NCBI GenBank assembly: GCA_031555055.1
Contig: JAVBUT010000002.1
Span: 210,165 to 274,164 of the forward strand
DNA length: 64,000 bases
Reading direction: 5' to 3'
Origin: Alphaproteobacteria bacterium
GTDB lineage: Bacteria; Pseudomonadota; Alphaproteobacteria; Rs-D84
The position numbers were made by a program, and so were the translations under genes. Positions 56,562 to 64,000 of the stretch are shown here, piece after piece. Under the pieces are notes generated by a model. That model saw only the letters and a program-made list of their open reading frames with translations, made no database searches and was not told where the DNA came from. The stretch's first letter is position 1. The number at the start of each line of letters is the position of its first letter.

Positions 56562-57983
56562 TCAAGAATGAAAATAAGAATATATTTTCATCGCGGCGGA
56601 TTTTCCAAGTCCGGGTACTTTTAACAATGCGGACAATTCGGCATTCGCGATTTCGCGCACCGATCCGAAATGATGCAGAACGCTGCGCTTGCGCGCGGGG
56701 CCGATCCCTTCGATTTCATCCAATCGCGACGCGGTGACCTGTTTTGCGCGGATCGTGCGGTGGAATGAAATCGCGAAACGGTGCGCTTCGTCGCGGACCG
56801 CGCGCAGCAATAAAAACAGTTTCGAATTTTTGGGCAAATCCGTGCTGATCGATCCGTCTGGCAAAATAAAATGTTCGTCGCCGTCGCGAACCTGGCCCTT
56901 GGTGACGCCCAGGATTGGTATGTTCATCGCCGTCGTATGCGCGATGTTCCACTGGGCCGGACCGCCGTCAACGATAATAAGGGATAAGGTTTGAGGTTCG
57001 AGGTTCGAGGGATTAATCGCCCTGGCGACAAATTCTTGCATCATGGCGATGTCGTTTCCGGCCGCGGCCATGTTTTTCAATTTAAAATGCCGATAGTCTG
57101 ATTTTATAAATCCGTCATGTCCGAATACGATCATGGCGCCGACGGGACTGCGCCCGAACAGGTGCGAATTGTCGAATACCGCCACGCGATCAATTTTTAT
57201 CCCCAGCCATTTTTCCAATTCTGCGACGGAATCACGCCAGCTGATTCCGGATTCTTTTTTCTGTTTTATTCCGCGGACGGATGTATGCGTCAGCGCAGCG
57301 ATACGATCGCGGGCGTTCGCCGCTGATTCAAAATCCATGTTGTCGGAAAATTTTTTCATTTGCGCCGACAGTTCCGCAATAACAGGCGCGCTGTCGCCAG
57401 TCAATATGCGACGGGCCAAGCGAACGTTATCGTTGTATTCGGTTTGTTGGATGCAACACGGTGCGCTGCACCGGCCGATCTGGTGCAATAAACACGGACG
57501 AGTACGGTTTTTCATAAACGTGTCGTTGCATGTGCGCAGCCGGCATACTTTTTGAATTGTCTTGATCGTTTCGTTCAGGCTGGATACGGAAGGATACGGG
57601 CCAAACACGTCGCGTTTTTGCGAAATCTTGCCACGGAATTTCATCAGACGCGGAAATTCATGATTGGTCAACGCCAACATCGGATACATTTTCCCGTCGG
57701 TCAGCATTATGTTGTAACGTGGCTTTTCTGTTTTGATCAGTTTTTCTTCCAGAATCAATGCCGCCGATTCGTCCGCGGTGGTATCCCATTCGACACGCGT
57801 TACCAAAGACCGCATTACCTGCTTGTGCGTTTCCAGTTTTGAAATGTCCACATATTGCCGCAAACGCGCGGAAATATCGCGCGCTTTGCCCACGTACAAC
57901 AGGGTGCCATCCGCGTCGTACATCTTGTAGATACCTGGCGCTTTAGGACTTCCTTCAATCAAATCAGAAAATTGAATATTCAT
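56562..57983 (-). CDS. uvrC: excinuclease ABC subunit C (compact form)
   Basis: GIY-YIG N-terminus (GIYKMYDADGTLLYVGKA), Cys cluster, RNase-H-like endonuclease domain and C-terminal HhH. Heptamer triplet insert at 56988-57010. Confidence 0.75.
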   Translation of the reverse strand: MNIQFSDLIEGSPKAPGIYKMYDADGTLLYVGKARDISARLRQYVDISKLETHKQVMRSLVTRVEWDTTADESAALILEEKLIKTEKPRYNIMLTDGKMYPMLALTNHEFPRLMKFRGKISQKRDVFGPYPSVSSLNETIKTIQKVCRLRTCNDTFMKNRTRPCLLHQIGRCSAPCCIQQTEYNDNVRLARRILTGDSAPVIAELSAQMKKFSDNMDFESAANARDRIAALTHTSVRGIKQKKESGISWRDSVAELEKWLGIKIDRVAVFDNSHLFGRSPVGAMIVFGHDGFIKSDYRHFKLKNMAAAGNDIAMMQEFVARAINPSNLEPQTLSLIIVDGGPAQWNIAHTTAMNIPILGVTKGQVRDGDEHFILPDGSISTDLPKNSKLFLLLRAVRDEAHRFAISFHRTIRAKQVTASRLDEIEGIGPARKRSVLHHFGSVREIANAELSALLKVPGLGKSAAMKIYSYFHS

Positions 57984-58040
57984 AAGTTGTATGTTATAAT
58001 ATAATGGTATAAATATCAAATTTCAAAAAAGGAAGGAAAT

Positions 58041-58505
58041 ATGAAACAAGAGTCCGGAAGATCAATGATCGAAATGCTGGGGGTATTGGCGATTATGGGT
58101 ATCATAACCGTCGGTGCGATCACAATGATTTCATATGCTATGAAAAGCCAGAAACGAACCGCCGTCAACGACGAAGTCACCCAGATGGTGACCGGTGTCC
58201 GCCAATTGCTGGGTGAATATGATGACTTTTCAAACATAAATAATTCTACGATTTTTGGTGCGATCGGGATGTCGCCCAAGAATCCGTATGGCGGAAATTA
58301 CGAGCTGGCGGTGAATCCGTCCAACCCGCGCCAGTTTATCGTTTCTATCAACGGGCTGTCAAAATCCGATTGTGAGTACTTTTTAACCAAAGCGTGGTCC
58401 GATTCTGTCGAATTTCAAATGTCCAGCGGCCAGCGCGGTGGCGCGATCGGGGCCTGTACGGATGAAGCCGGCAGGAACGTGGTCAGAATAATTTACGGGG
58501 AATAG
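58041..58505 (+). CDS. type IV pilin-like protein (short leader, Gly-1, Glu+5, hydrophobic helix, C-terminal disulfide pair)
   Basis: MKQESG|RSMIEMLGVLAIMGIITVGAI resembles the TcpA-type N-terminal helix. Cys pair CEYF...GACTDE. RBS AAGGAAGGAAATATG. Confidence 0.5.
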   Translation: MKQESGRSMIEMLGVLAIMGIITVGAITMISYAMKSQKRTAVNDEVTQMVTGVRQLLGEYDDFSNINNSTIFGAIGMSPKNPYGGNYELAVNPSNPRQFIVSINGLSKSDCEYFLTKAWSDSVEFQMSSGQRGGAIGACTDEAGRNVVRIIYGE

Positions 58506-58514
58506 CGACTGGTT

Positions 58515-59483
58515 ATGGCCGGATCAGTCGAGATTTCAAAGACCGAAGATGGAACAAGACTGTTGCGCTGGTTTTTGCGCGTATACCCGGGAATGCCACA
58601 GCGTGAATTTTACAAGCTGTGTCGCGGCGGACAGATACGGGTTAATTCCAGGCGGTGTCGCGGCCAGGAAATATTGCGCGCCGGCGACGTTGTTCGCGTT
58701 CCGCCGACAGTCGCAAAGTATCAGCAGATAAATATAAAAAAGACCGAGGCCGGCGATCGGTTTTCGCTGGCGGACTTGGAAGAGTTGCGCAGGTGCATAA
58801 TTCACAATGACGATGATATCGTCGCGTTTAACAAGCCGGCCGGAATGGCCGTCCAGGGCGGAACAGGGATCAGAAAGTCCGTCGATAAAATGGCGGCTGC
58901 GCTGTTTCCGTACGACAAGGTATCGTTGGTTCATCGTTTGGACCGCGAAACCAGCGGTGTTTTGGTTGTCGCTAAAAACCATAACGCGGCGCAGGTTTTG
59001 ACCAAAGAGTTTCAGGATAAAACCGCGCACAAGGAATATTTGGCATTGTTAATGGGCGATGTGTCACCAGAATCCGGCGTCATTGATAACTTTATGATCA
59101 AGGGACGGATTATGGCAGAAGGGGATACAAACCCGACCGGCCCGCGGCCCCAGCGCGCAGTCACCGAATACACGGTTATATCGAAACTGTCGGGGATCGT
59201 GTCTTGGGTTTTATTTATGCCAAAGACGGGTCGTACGCACCAGTTGCGCATGCACAGCGCTTTTTCGTTGGGGGCGCCGATTGTCGGTGATACGCTGTAC
59301 GGTGGCGAAAAGAAATTTGACGGGGCTTTGGATTCGATGCTGTCCACGAAAAACTTGTTTTTATTCGCAAGACAGTTATCATTCCGTCATCCGCGCACGG
59401 GAAAAATAATGACGCTGCGGGCGCAAATGCCGGACTATATGCAGTCGGTGATAGAATTTTTGGAATTTAAAATACCGGAATAA
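58515..59483 (+). CDS. RluA-family 23S rRNA pseudouridine synthase (RluC/RluD-like) with N-terminal S4 domain
   Basis: Catalytic motif HRLDRETSGVLVVAKN. S4-like N-terminus. Confidence 0.8.
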   Translation: MAGSVEISKTEDGTRLLRWFLRVYPGMPQREFYKLCRGGQIRVNSRRCRGQEILRAGDVVRVPPTVAKYQQINIKKTEAGDRFSLADLEELRRCIIHNDDDIVAFNKPAGMAVQGGTGIRKSVDKMAAALFPYDKVSLVHRLDRETSGVLVVAKNHNAAQVLTKEFQDKTAHKEYLALLMGDVSPESGVIDNFMIKGRIMAEGDTNPTGPRPQRAVTEYTVISKLSGIVSWVLFMPKTGRTHQLRMHSAFSLGAPIVGDTLYGGEKKFDGALDSMLSTKNLFLFARQLSFRHPRTGKIMTLRAQMPDYMQSVIEFLEFKIPE

Positions 59484-59484
59484 A

Positions 59485-61575
59485 ATGAGAATTTACAAGC
59501 GCAGAGTTTTTTATCGCATTGCCAGAATTGCCGCGATGTTCTTGATCGGGCTGGTCGTTGCCGCGATAATCGCGCTGTCCCAGGTTAATTTGGAAACACT
59601 GCGCGAAGATCTGTTGCACACGATGCGCGACGCAACCGGACTGCCGATCGAAATCGATGGCGAAATTTCATGGAAGTTTTCACTGCGCCCAAAGGTAGAG
59701 CTGAACAATATCAGAATCCCAAACGCCGACTGGGCGAAAAACAAAAACGCCGTCACCGCAAAGAAAGTCGATGTGACGCTGAACCTGATGTCGCTGTTGC
59801 GGGATCGTCCGACAATACAAAGCGTCAAGATTTACGACGTGGATATATCCGTCGAAGAAAATACCAGTGGCGAATACTCGATCAAACAACTGACGGATGA
59901 AGAAAGGCACATGGACGCTTCGGATCGCGACAAAAGATATCCGTTCGGGGACCTGGGGATGGGGGTCATAGAGATTCGTGATCTGATCGCGCACGTAAAC
60001 GGATCAACATATGCGTTCTCGGGATTCCAAATATCATACAAGTCTGGCAAAAATTCGCGTGAGTACAGCGGATGGCTGAAATCCGACGGCAGTGTTTATC
60101 CATTCATAATATCGCTGTCGGAATATAATGAAGAACGCAAGGTTTATCCAGTGCGTGTCGCATTGTCCACAGGGGGCGAAGCGCTGGTCGCGAACATCGC
60201 GCTAGAAGGCACCAGCCTGATGCCAATAGACTTTATATTAAAGGGAAATATTCCGGATATTGCGCCACTGGGGCGGGCTGTTGATATAGATATCCCGGAA
60301 CTGCCCAGAATCAAAGTGAACATGTCGGGTGGATTTGGGCATAAAAAAATAACTTTGCGAAAATCATCTGTCACGATCGGTGGCACCGATATGACAATAT
60401 CCGGCGATTTAGACTGGGGCGCAGAAGTTCCAAAGATGAACTTGAAAATCAAGGCAAATAAAATTGATATCGTCGAATTGTTTCCGGATTTGTACGCGTC
60501 CGGCACAGAATGGATTCGACCAAACCGGCCATTGAATGTATTCAAGGATACACCGTTGTATGGCACAGAATTGCTTAACAAAAATATAAGTCTGGATTTG
60601 GATGTTGGTACTTTGCGCGTTTACCGCGATATGGAGATTAAAAACTTAAAACTGACCGCAAAGCTGAAAGAGGCACGTACCAAGGGTTATGAATCTCATC
60701 TGTCAGCCAGTGCCAGTGCGCGCTTTGCCGAAGGCGATGTACGTGCGGGTCTGGATGTGGAAGTCGACGCGAATGGAAAACTGAACGTGCGTGGCGCCGG
60801 AATCGGCGAACGGATTTATATAGGCGAGTTTATGAAAGAACTGCGCGAATACGATTATATTTCCGAGCTGCCGGTTAATTTTGAATTTTATCTTATGGGG
60901 ACAGGCGGGAATCTGTCAGAGCTGATGTCAACAGTCACGGGCCCGTTGTATATTTATTCTGTCGCGCCGGGATACGCTCATTCGGAACTTGTATCGTTTG
61001 TGTACGGCACAGACTTTTTGACGGACTTGCGACACAATATCCAGGACTTGTTCAGATCGGAAAAGAAACATAACCAGATTACGATATCGTGCGCAGCCAT
61101 AAAATTAAAACTTCGTAACGGCAAGGTCGAAACAACCAACGGTGTCGCGATCGAAACCAACGCGATAAACATACGGTTGGCCGGCATGGTGGACTTGGCG
61201 AATGAAACGCTAAAGGCGTCATTGATAACAGTGCCGTCACGCGGATTGAAAATAACCCTGACGGGCGGACTGGTCAATTCGATGGAGTTTACAGGAAACC
61301 TGGCCGAGCCTGATGTGAAAATCAGCGGATCGGCCGTTGTCAGCAAGGTCGCCAGCGCCACCGGCATAGGCTTGCTGTTGGCACCATTTACGGGCGGTCT
61401 GTCGATTGTCGCAGGCGCCGGGATCGGCCTGGTCGCGGGCGACTTTTTGGAAAACTGGCTGTCGGATCCGCATCCGTGCAGAACCGCGCTGGATCATGGT
61501 GCGGCCCCGCGTGAAGGTGATCCGGAATGGCTGAGCCAGCCTATGTCCCAGCTGGTCGGCGAATTGATAAAATAA
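59485..61575 (+). CDS. AsmA-family outer-membrane assembly protein
   Basis: N-terminal TM anchor followed by long beta-rich periplasmic region with AsmA-like N-domain pattern. 696 aa. Confidence 0.55.
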   Translation: MRIYKRRVFYRIARIAAMFLIGLVVAAIIALSQVNLETLREDLLHTMRDATGLPIEIDGEISWKFSLRPKVELNNIRIPNADWAKNKNAVTAKKVDVTLNLMSLLRDRPTIQSVKIYDVDISVEENTSGEYSIKQLTDEERHMDASDRDKRYPFGDLGMGVIEIRDLIAHVNGSTYAFSGFQISYKSGKNSREYSGWLKSDGSVYPFIISLSEYNEERKVYPVRVALSTGGEALVANIALEGTSLMPIDFILKGNIPDIAPLGRAVDIDIPELPRIKVNMSGGFGHKKITLRKSSVTIGGTDMTISGDLDWGAEVPKMNLKIKANKIDIVELFPDLYASGTEWIRPNRPLNVFKDTPLYGTELLNKNISLDLDVGTLRVYRDMEIKNLKLTAKLKEARTKGYESHLSASASARFAEGDVRAGLDVEVDANGKLNVRGAGIGERIYIGEFMKELREYDYISELPVNFEFYLMGTGGNLSELMSTVTGPLYIYSVAPGYAHSELVSFVYGTDFLTDLRHNIQDLFRSEKKHNQITISCAAIKLKLRNGKVETTNGVAIETNAINIRLAGMVDLANETLKASLITVPSRGLKITLTGGLVNSMEFTGNLAEPDVKISGSAVVSKVASATGIGLLLAPFTGGLSIVAGAGIGLVAGDFLENWLSDPHPCRTALDHGAAPREGDPEWLSQPMSQLVGELIK

Positions 61576-61601
61576 AGTATAAAGCAAGGAGAAAAGAAAA
61601 A

Positions 61602-62375
61602 ATGTTTAGTTGGATTGGTTTAGTTCAGGTTCTGATCATCGCGGCCATAATATGGTTTTTTTACAGGTCTTTTATAAGAAACACTGCGTCGGAAAAACTG
61701 GTGCACGGATTGTTCGGTTTGGGATTTTTATGGGTGCTCAGCTTTGTCATGAATTGGGCTAATCTGGATTTGCTGGCGGGCTTTTTGCATTGGACGGCAT
61801 TATTTCTGTCTGTCGGTCTGGTTGTTATATTTCAACCGGAGCTGCGTAAATTTCTGGCGCTGATGGGAAATGTAAAATTGTTGCGCAGTTTGTTCAAGCC
61901 GTCGTCGCTGCGCGGAATCACGGATAAAGAGCGCGTCGGGAAAATCGTGGACGAAATAGTCGTCGCCGTCGAATACATGTCCAGTAAACGCACCGGCGCA
62001 CTGATCGTGTTCCAGGATAAACTGGACGATTCCGGTATCGAAAAAAAAGGCGTCAAAATCGACGCGGTAATTTCCAGCGAACTGATGCTGACAATATTCT
62101 TTAACAAAACACCACTGCACGACGGCGCGATGATAATCGACAACAACCGCATAATGTATGCCGGCGCGATACTGCCGCTGTCCCAGAATAATCTGAACTG
62201 GAAATACGGAACGCGCCACCGTGCCGCGCTGGGACTTAGCGAGACTTCTAAATCGGTGGTCCTGGTTGTCAGCGAGGAAAGTGGTGACATATCAATCGCC
62301 GAAAAAGGCGTGTTTAAAAAATACGACGATATGAAAAAGTTAAAATCGCGATTGGAAAAACTGATGATCAAATAA
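61602..62375 (+). CDS. cdaA: diadenylate cyclase CdaA/DacA (DisA_N domain) with N-terminal TM helices
   Basis: DAC-domain motifs GALIVF, DGA (PLHDGAMII) and RHRAA (GTRHRAALG). RBS AAGGAGAAAAG. Confidence 0.8.
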   Translation: MFSWIGLVQVLIIAAIIWFFYRSFIRNTASEKLVHGLFGLGFLWVLSFVMNWANLDLLAGFLHWTALFLSVGLVVIFQPELRKFLALMGNVKLLRSLFKPSSLRGITDKERVGKIVDEIVVAVEYMSSKRTGALIVFQDKLDDSGIEKKGVKIDAVISSELMLTIFFNKTPLHDGAMIIDNNRIMYAGAILPLSQNNLNWKYGTRHRAALGLSETSKSVVLVVSEESGDISIAEKGVFKKYDDMKKLKSRLEKLMIK

Positions 62376-62396
62376 AATGCCCGTTCGGGCATTTTT

Positions 62397-62544
62397 TAGT
62401 CATTAGTCTTTGGTCAATAGTCATTAGTAGGGGCGCATATTTGCGCCCATATGATTTCATATCATGGTTTACAAAACATGGCGAATTTACATTCGCCCCT
62501 ACTAATGACTATTGACTAATGACTATTGACTAACGACTATTGAC
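62397..62544. repeat. family-B composite palindromic element: tagtca-rich inverted arms around a taggggcgcatatttgcgccc hairpin
   Basis: Left arm gtcattagtctttggtcaatagtcattagtaggggcg versus right arm cgcccctactaatgactattgactaatgactattgac. Confidence 0.65.
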
Positions 62545-62638
62545 AGATGTCTCCTTTTTGCTCTTGCGCCGAATCGGCATTTTTTGCTAAACTGAACCGT
62601 AAGAATGTAGAAAGAAGTCATACTACAGGAGTTAAGTT

Positions 62639-63757
62639 ATGGAATTTTCAGTCTTTCGCCAGGTTTTGATCCGTGCGCTGGGGCATATGCAGTCTATCGT
62701 TGAAAAACGCGCGACTCTGCCGATCTTGATGAACGTCAAGATAGAGGTTGCAGACGATATGGTGTTAAGTGCAACCAATGTCGACTTGGAATTGGTCGAA
62801 CATGTCGCTGCGGACATCACATTGCCGGGCAAGACGACCGTTCCGGTTCAAATGCTGTACGATATTGTGCGCAAGCTGCCTGATGACGCTGAAATCAACT
62901 TTAAACAATCCGGCGACCAGCTGGTTGTGTCCAGCGGTCGCGCGATATTCCGTCTGCCGACATTGCCTGCGGAAAATTTCCCGGCGATGGCGGGCGCAAA
63001 CCTGACCACTAAATTCCAAATGACAACCGGCGATCTGGGGCACCTGATCAACAAGACAAAATTTGCGATTCCGGTTGACGATGTCCGCTATCACTTGGGC
63101 GGGATATATTTCCATATCACCGAAGAAGGCAAAAGCAAAATGCTGACCGCGGTTGCGACCGACGCCCAGCGTATGGCGCTGTGCGAAATGCCGGTACCCA
63201 GCGGCGCGACCGACATGCCGTCCGTAATTTTGCCGCGTCGTGTTATCGGGGAACTGTCAAAGTTGCTGGAAGATGCGACTGTTGATGATGTTATGGTCGA
63301 ACTGTCCGATACCAAGGCCCGCTTTACCGTCGGCAGTGCCATACTGACATCCAAACTGGTTGATGCCCAATATCCAAATTATCGCGTCGTTATTCCAAAG
63401 GGCAACGACAAGATCGCAACATTGGACCGTAAATCGTTCGTCAATGCCGTTGACTTGGTTTCCGTGGCGTCCCAGGATAAAACAAAATCAGTGCAATTGA
63501 CATTCAGCATGAACAAGCTGGTTATTAACGCATCCAGTCCGGAAAACGGAACCGCAACCCAGGAATTGGATGTGGAATACAACGGTGACAATTCCTTTAC
63601 GATTTTGTTCAGTGTTAAATTCTTGCTGGACATCACATCTCAGGTCGAAGGAAACAAGTTCCAGATGGAAATGCAGGACCCGATGTCTCCGACAATTCTG
63701 AAATCTACAGAAAAAAAGACGGATGCGTTGTTTGTCCTAATGCCGTTAAAGATGTAA
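62639..63757 (+). CDS. dnaN: DNA polymerase III beta sliding clamp
   Basis: Three-domain beta-clamp pattern. N-terminus MEFSVFRQVL...ILMNVKIEV. C-terminal MPLKM. Confidence 0.9.
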   Translation: MEFSVFRQVLIRALGHMQSIVEKRATLPILMNVKIEVADDMVLSATNVDLELVEHVAADITLPGKTTVPVQMLYDIVRKLPDDAEINFKQSGDQLVVSSGRAIFRLPTLPAENFPAMAGANLTTKFQMTTGDLGHLINKTKFAIPVDDVRYHLGGIYFHITEEGKSKMLTAVATDAQRMALCEMPVPSGATDMPSVILPRRVIGELSKLLEDATVDDVMVELSDTKARFTVGSAILTSKLVDAQYPNYRVVIPKGNDKIATLDRKSFVNAVDLVSVASQDKTKSVQLTFSMNKLVINASSPENGTATQELDVEYNGDNSFTILFSVKFLLDITSQVEGNKFQMEMQDPMSPTILKSTEKKTDALFVLMPLKM

Positions 63758-63885
63758 ATAAATTAAATATAACAGCGCATTTGGCGCGATTTGGGGTGGC
63801 TTATGTATGTTCAATACACTACGCCACCCCAAATCACGCTAACTACGCCATTCTTTTTAATTTATTACAGCCCGGTTTCGGGCAA
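63758..63885 (+). repeat. family-C stop-codon-adjacent element directly 3 prime of dnaN
   Basis: taaataaattaaatataacagcgcatttggcgcgatttggggtggcttatgtatgttcaatacactacgccaccccaaatcac...cattctttttaatttattacagcccggtttcggg. Followed by terminator at 63903-63930. Confidence 0.75.
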
Positions 63886-63902
63886 TTTTATTTTCATCAT
63901 AT

Positions 63903-63930
63903 AAAAAAACCGGCATACGCCGGTTTTTAT
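63903..63930 (+). terminator. rho-independent terminator
   Basis: aaaaaaaccggcatacgccggttttt. Confidence 0.7.
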
Positions 63931-64000
63931 CGAATTTTTATCACCAATCCGCATGTACCATAAGGTGTCAATTTGCTGGCGCCGTCTTTGCGGGTTACGT

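Noticed and set aside
63781-63963. 60-aa ORF after dnaN
   Set aside because: Translation of the family-C repeat. An identical peptide would be produced at 42.45 kb.

Overview
This 64-kb window is a chromosomal segment of a moderately GC (about 45-50%) Gram-negative bacterium, most likely an alphaproteobacterium or other reduced proteobacterium. It reads as core genome that has been heavily colonised by small repeats and a few AT-rich islets. Evidence for the lineage: rpsT-proximal dnaA, tatA plus tatBC, SPOR/LysM/M23 envelope proteins, and GANTC-rich repeats.

Housekeeping genes recognised from motifs: trmB, gltX, thrS, trxA, dksA-like, a sufS-sufT-sufE cluster and a separate sufBC pair, ftsL-ftsI, recJ (broken by an in-frame TAG), lolA, tatABC, nlpD-like, sodC, tag, miaB, gatCAB (interrupted by an opposite-strand tRNA-Phe), ruvX/yqgF, nrnA, rpsT, plsY, dprA, dnaA, parE, dnaJ, pgsA, uvrC, rluC/D-like, asmA-like, cdaA (diadenylate cyclase) and dnaN. 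Two tRNAs are present, Lys-CUU and Phe-GAA. There is no rRNA and no CRISPR.

The striking content is at least six families of short dispersed repeats, several of which are inserted in-frame inside essential genes (sufS, miaB, gatB, trmB, gltX, ruvX, uvrC), resembling Rickettsia palindromic elements. Separately there is a REP-flanked RAYT transposase directly downstream of dnaA, a 43-bp-TIR MITE-like element, a hairpin element with a conserved loop sitting exactly at the stop codons of four plus-strand genes, ATGAAAA and GTGAnTC heptamer arrays, att-like duplications at both tRNAs that mark decayed integrative islets, and dispersed type IVb pilus parts (a TcpQ-like protein, a lipoprotein secretin and a pilin-like protein).

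Repeat coordinates were read by eye and may be off by a few nucleotides.
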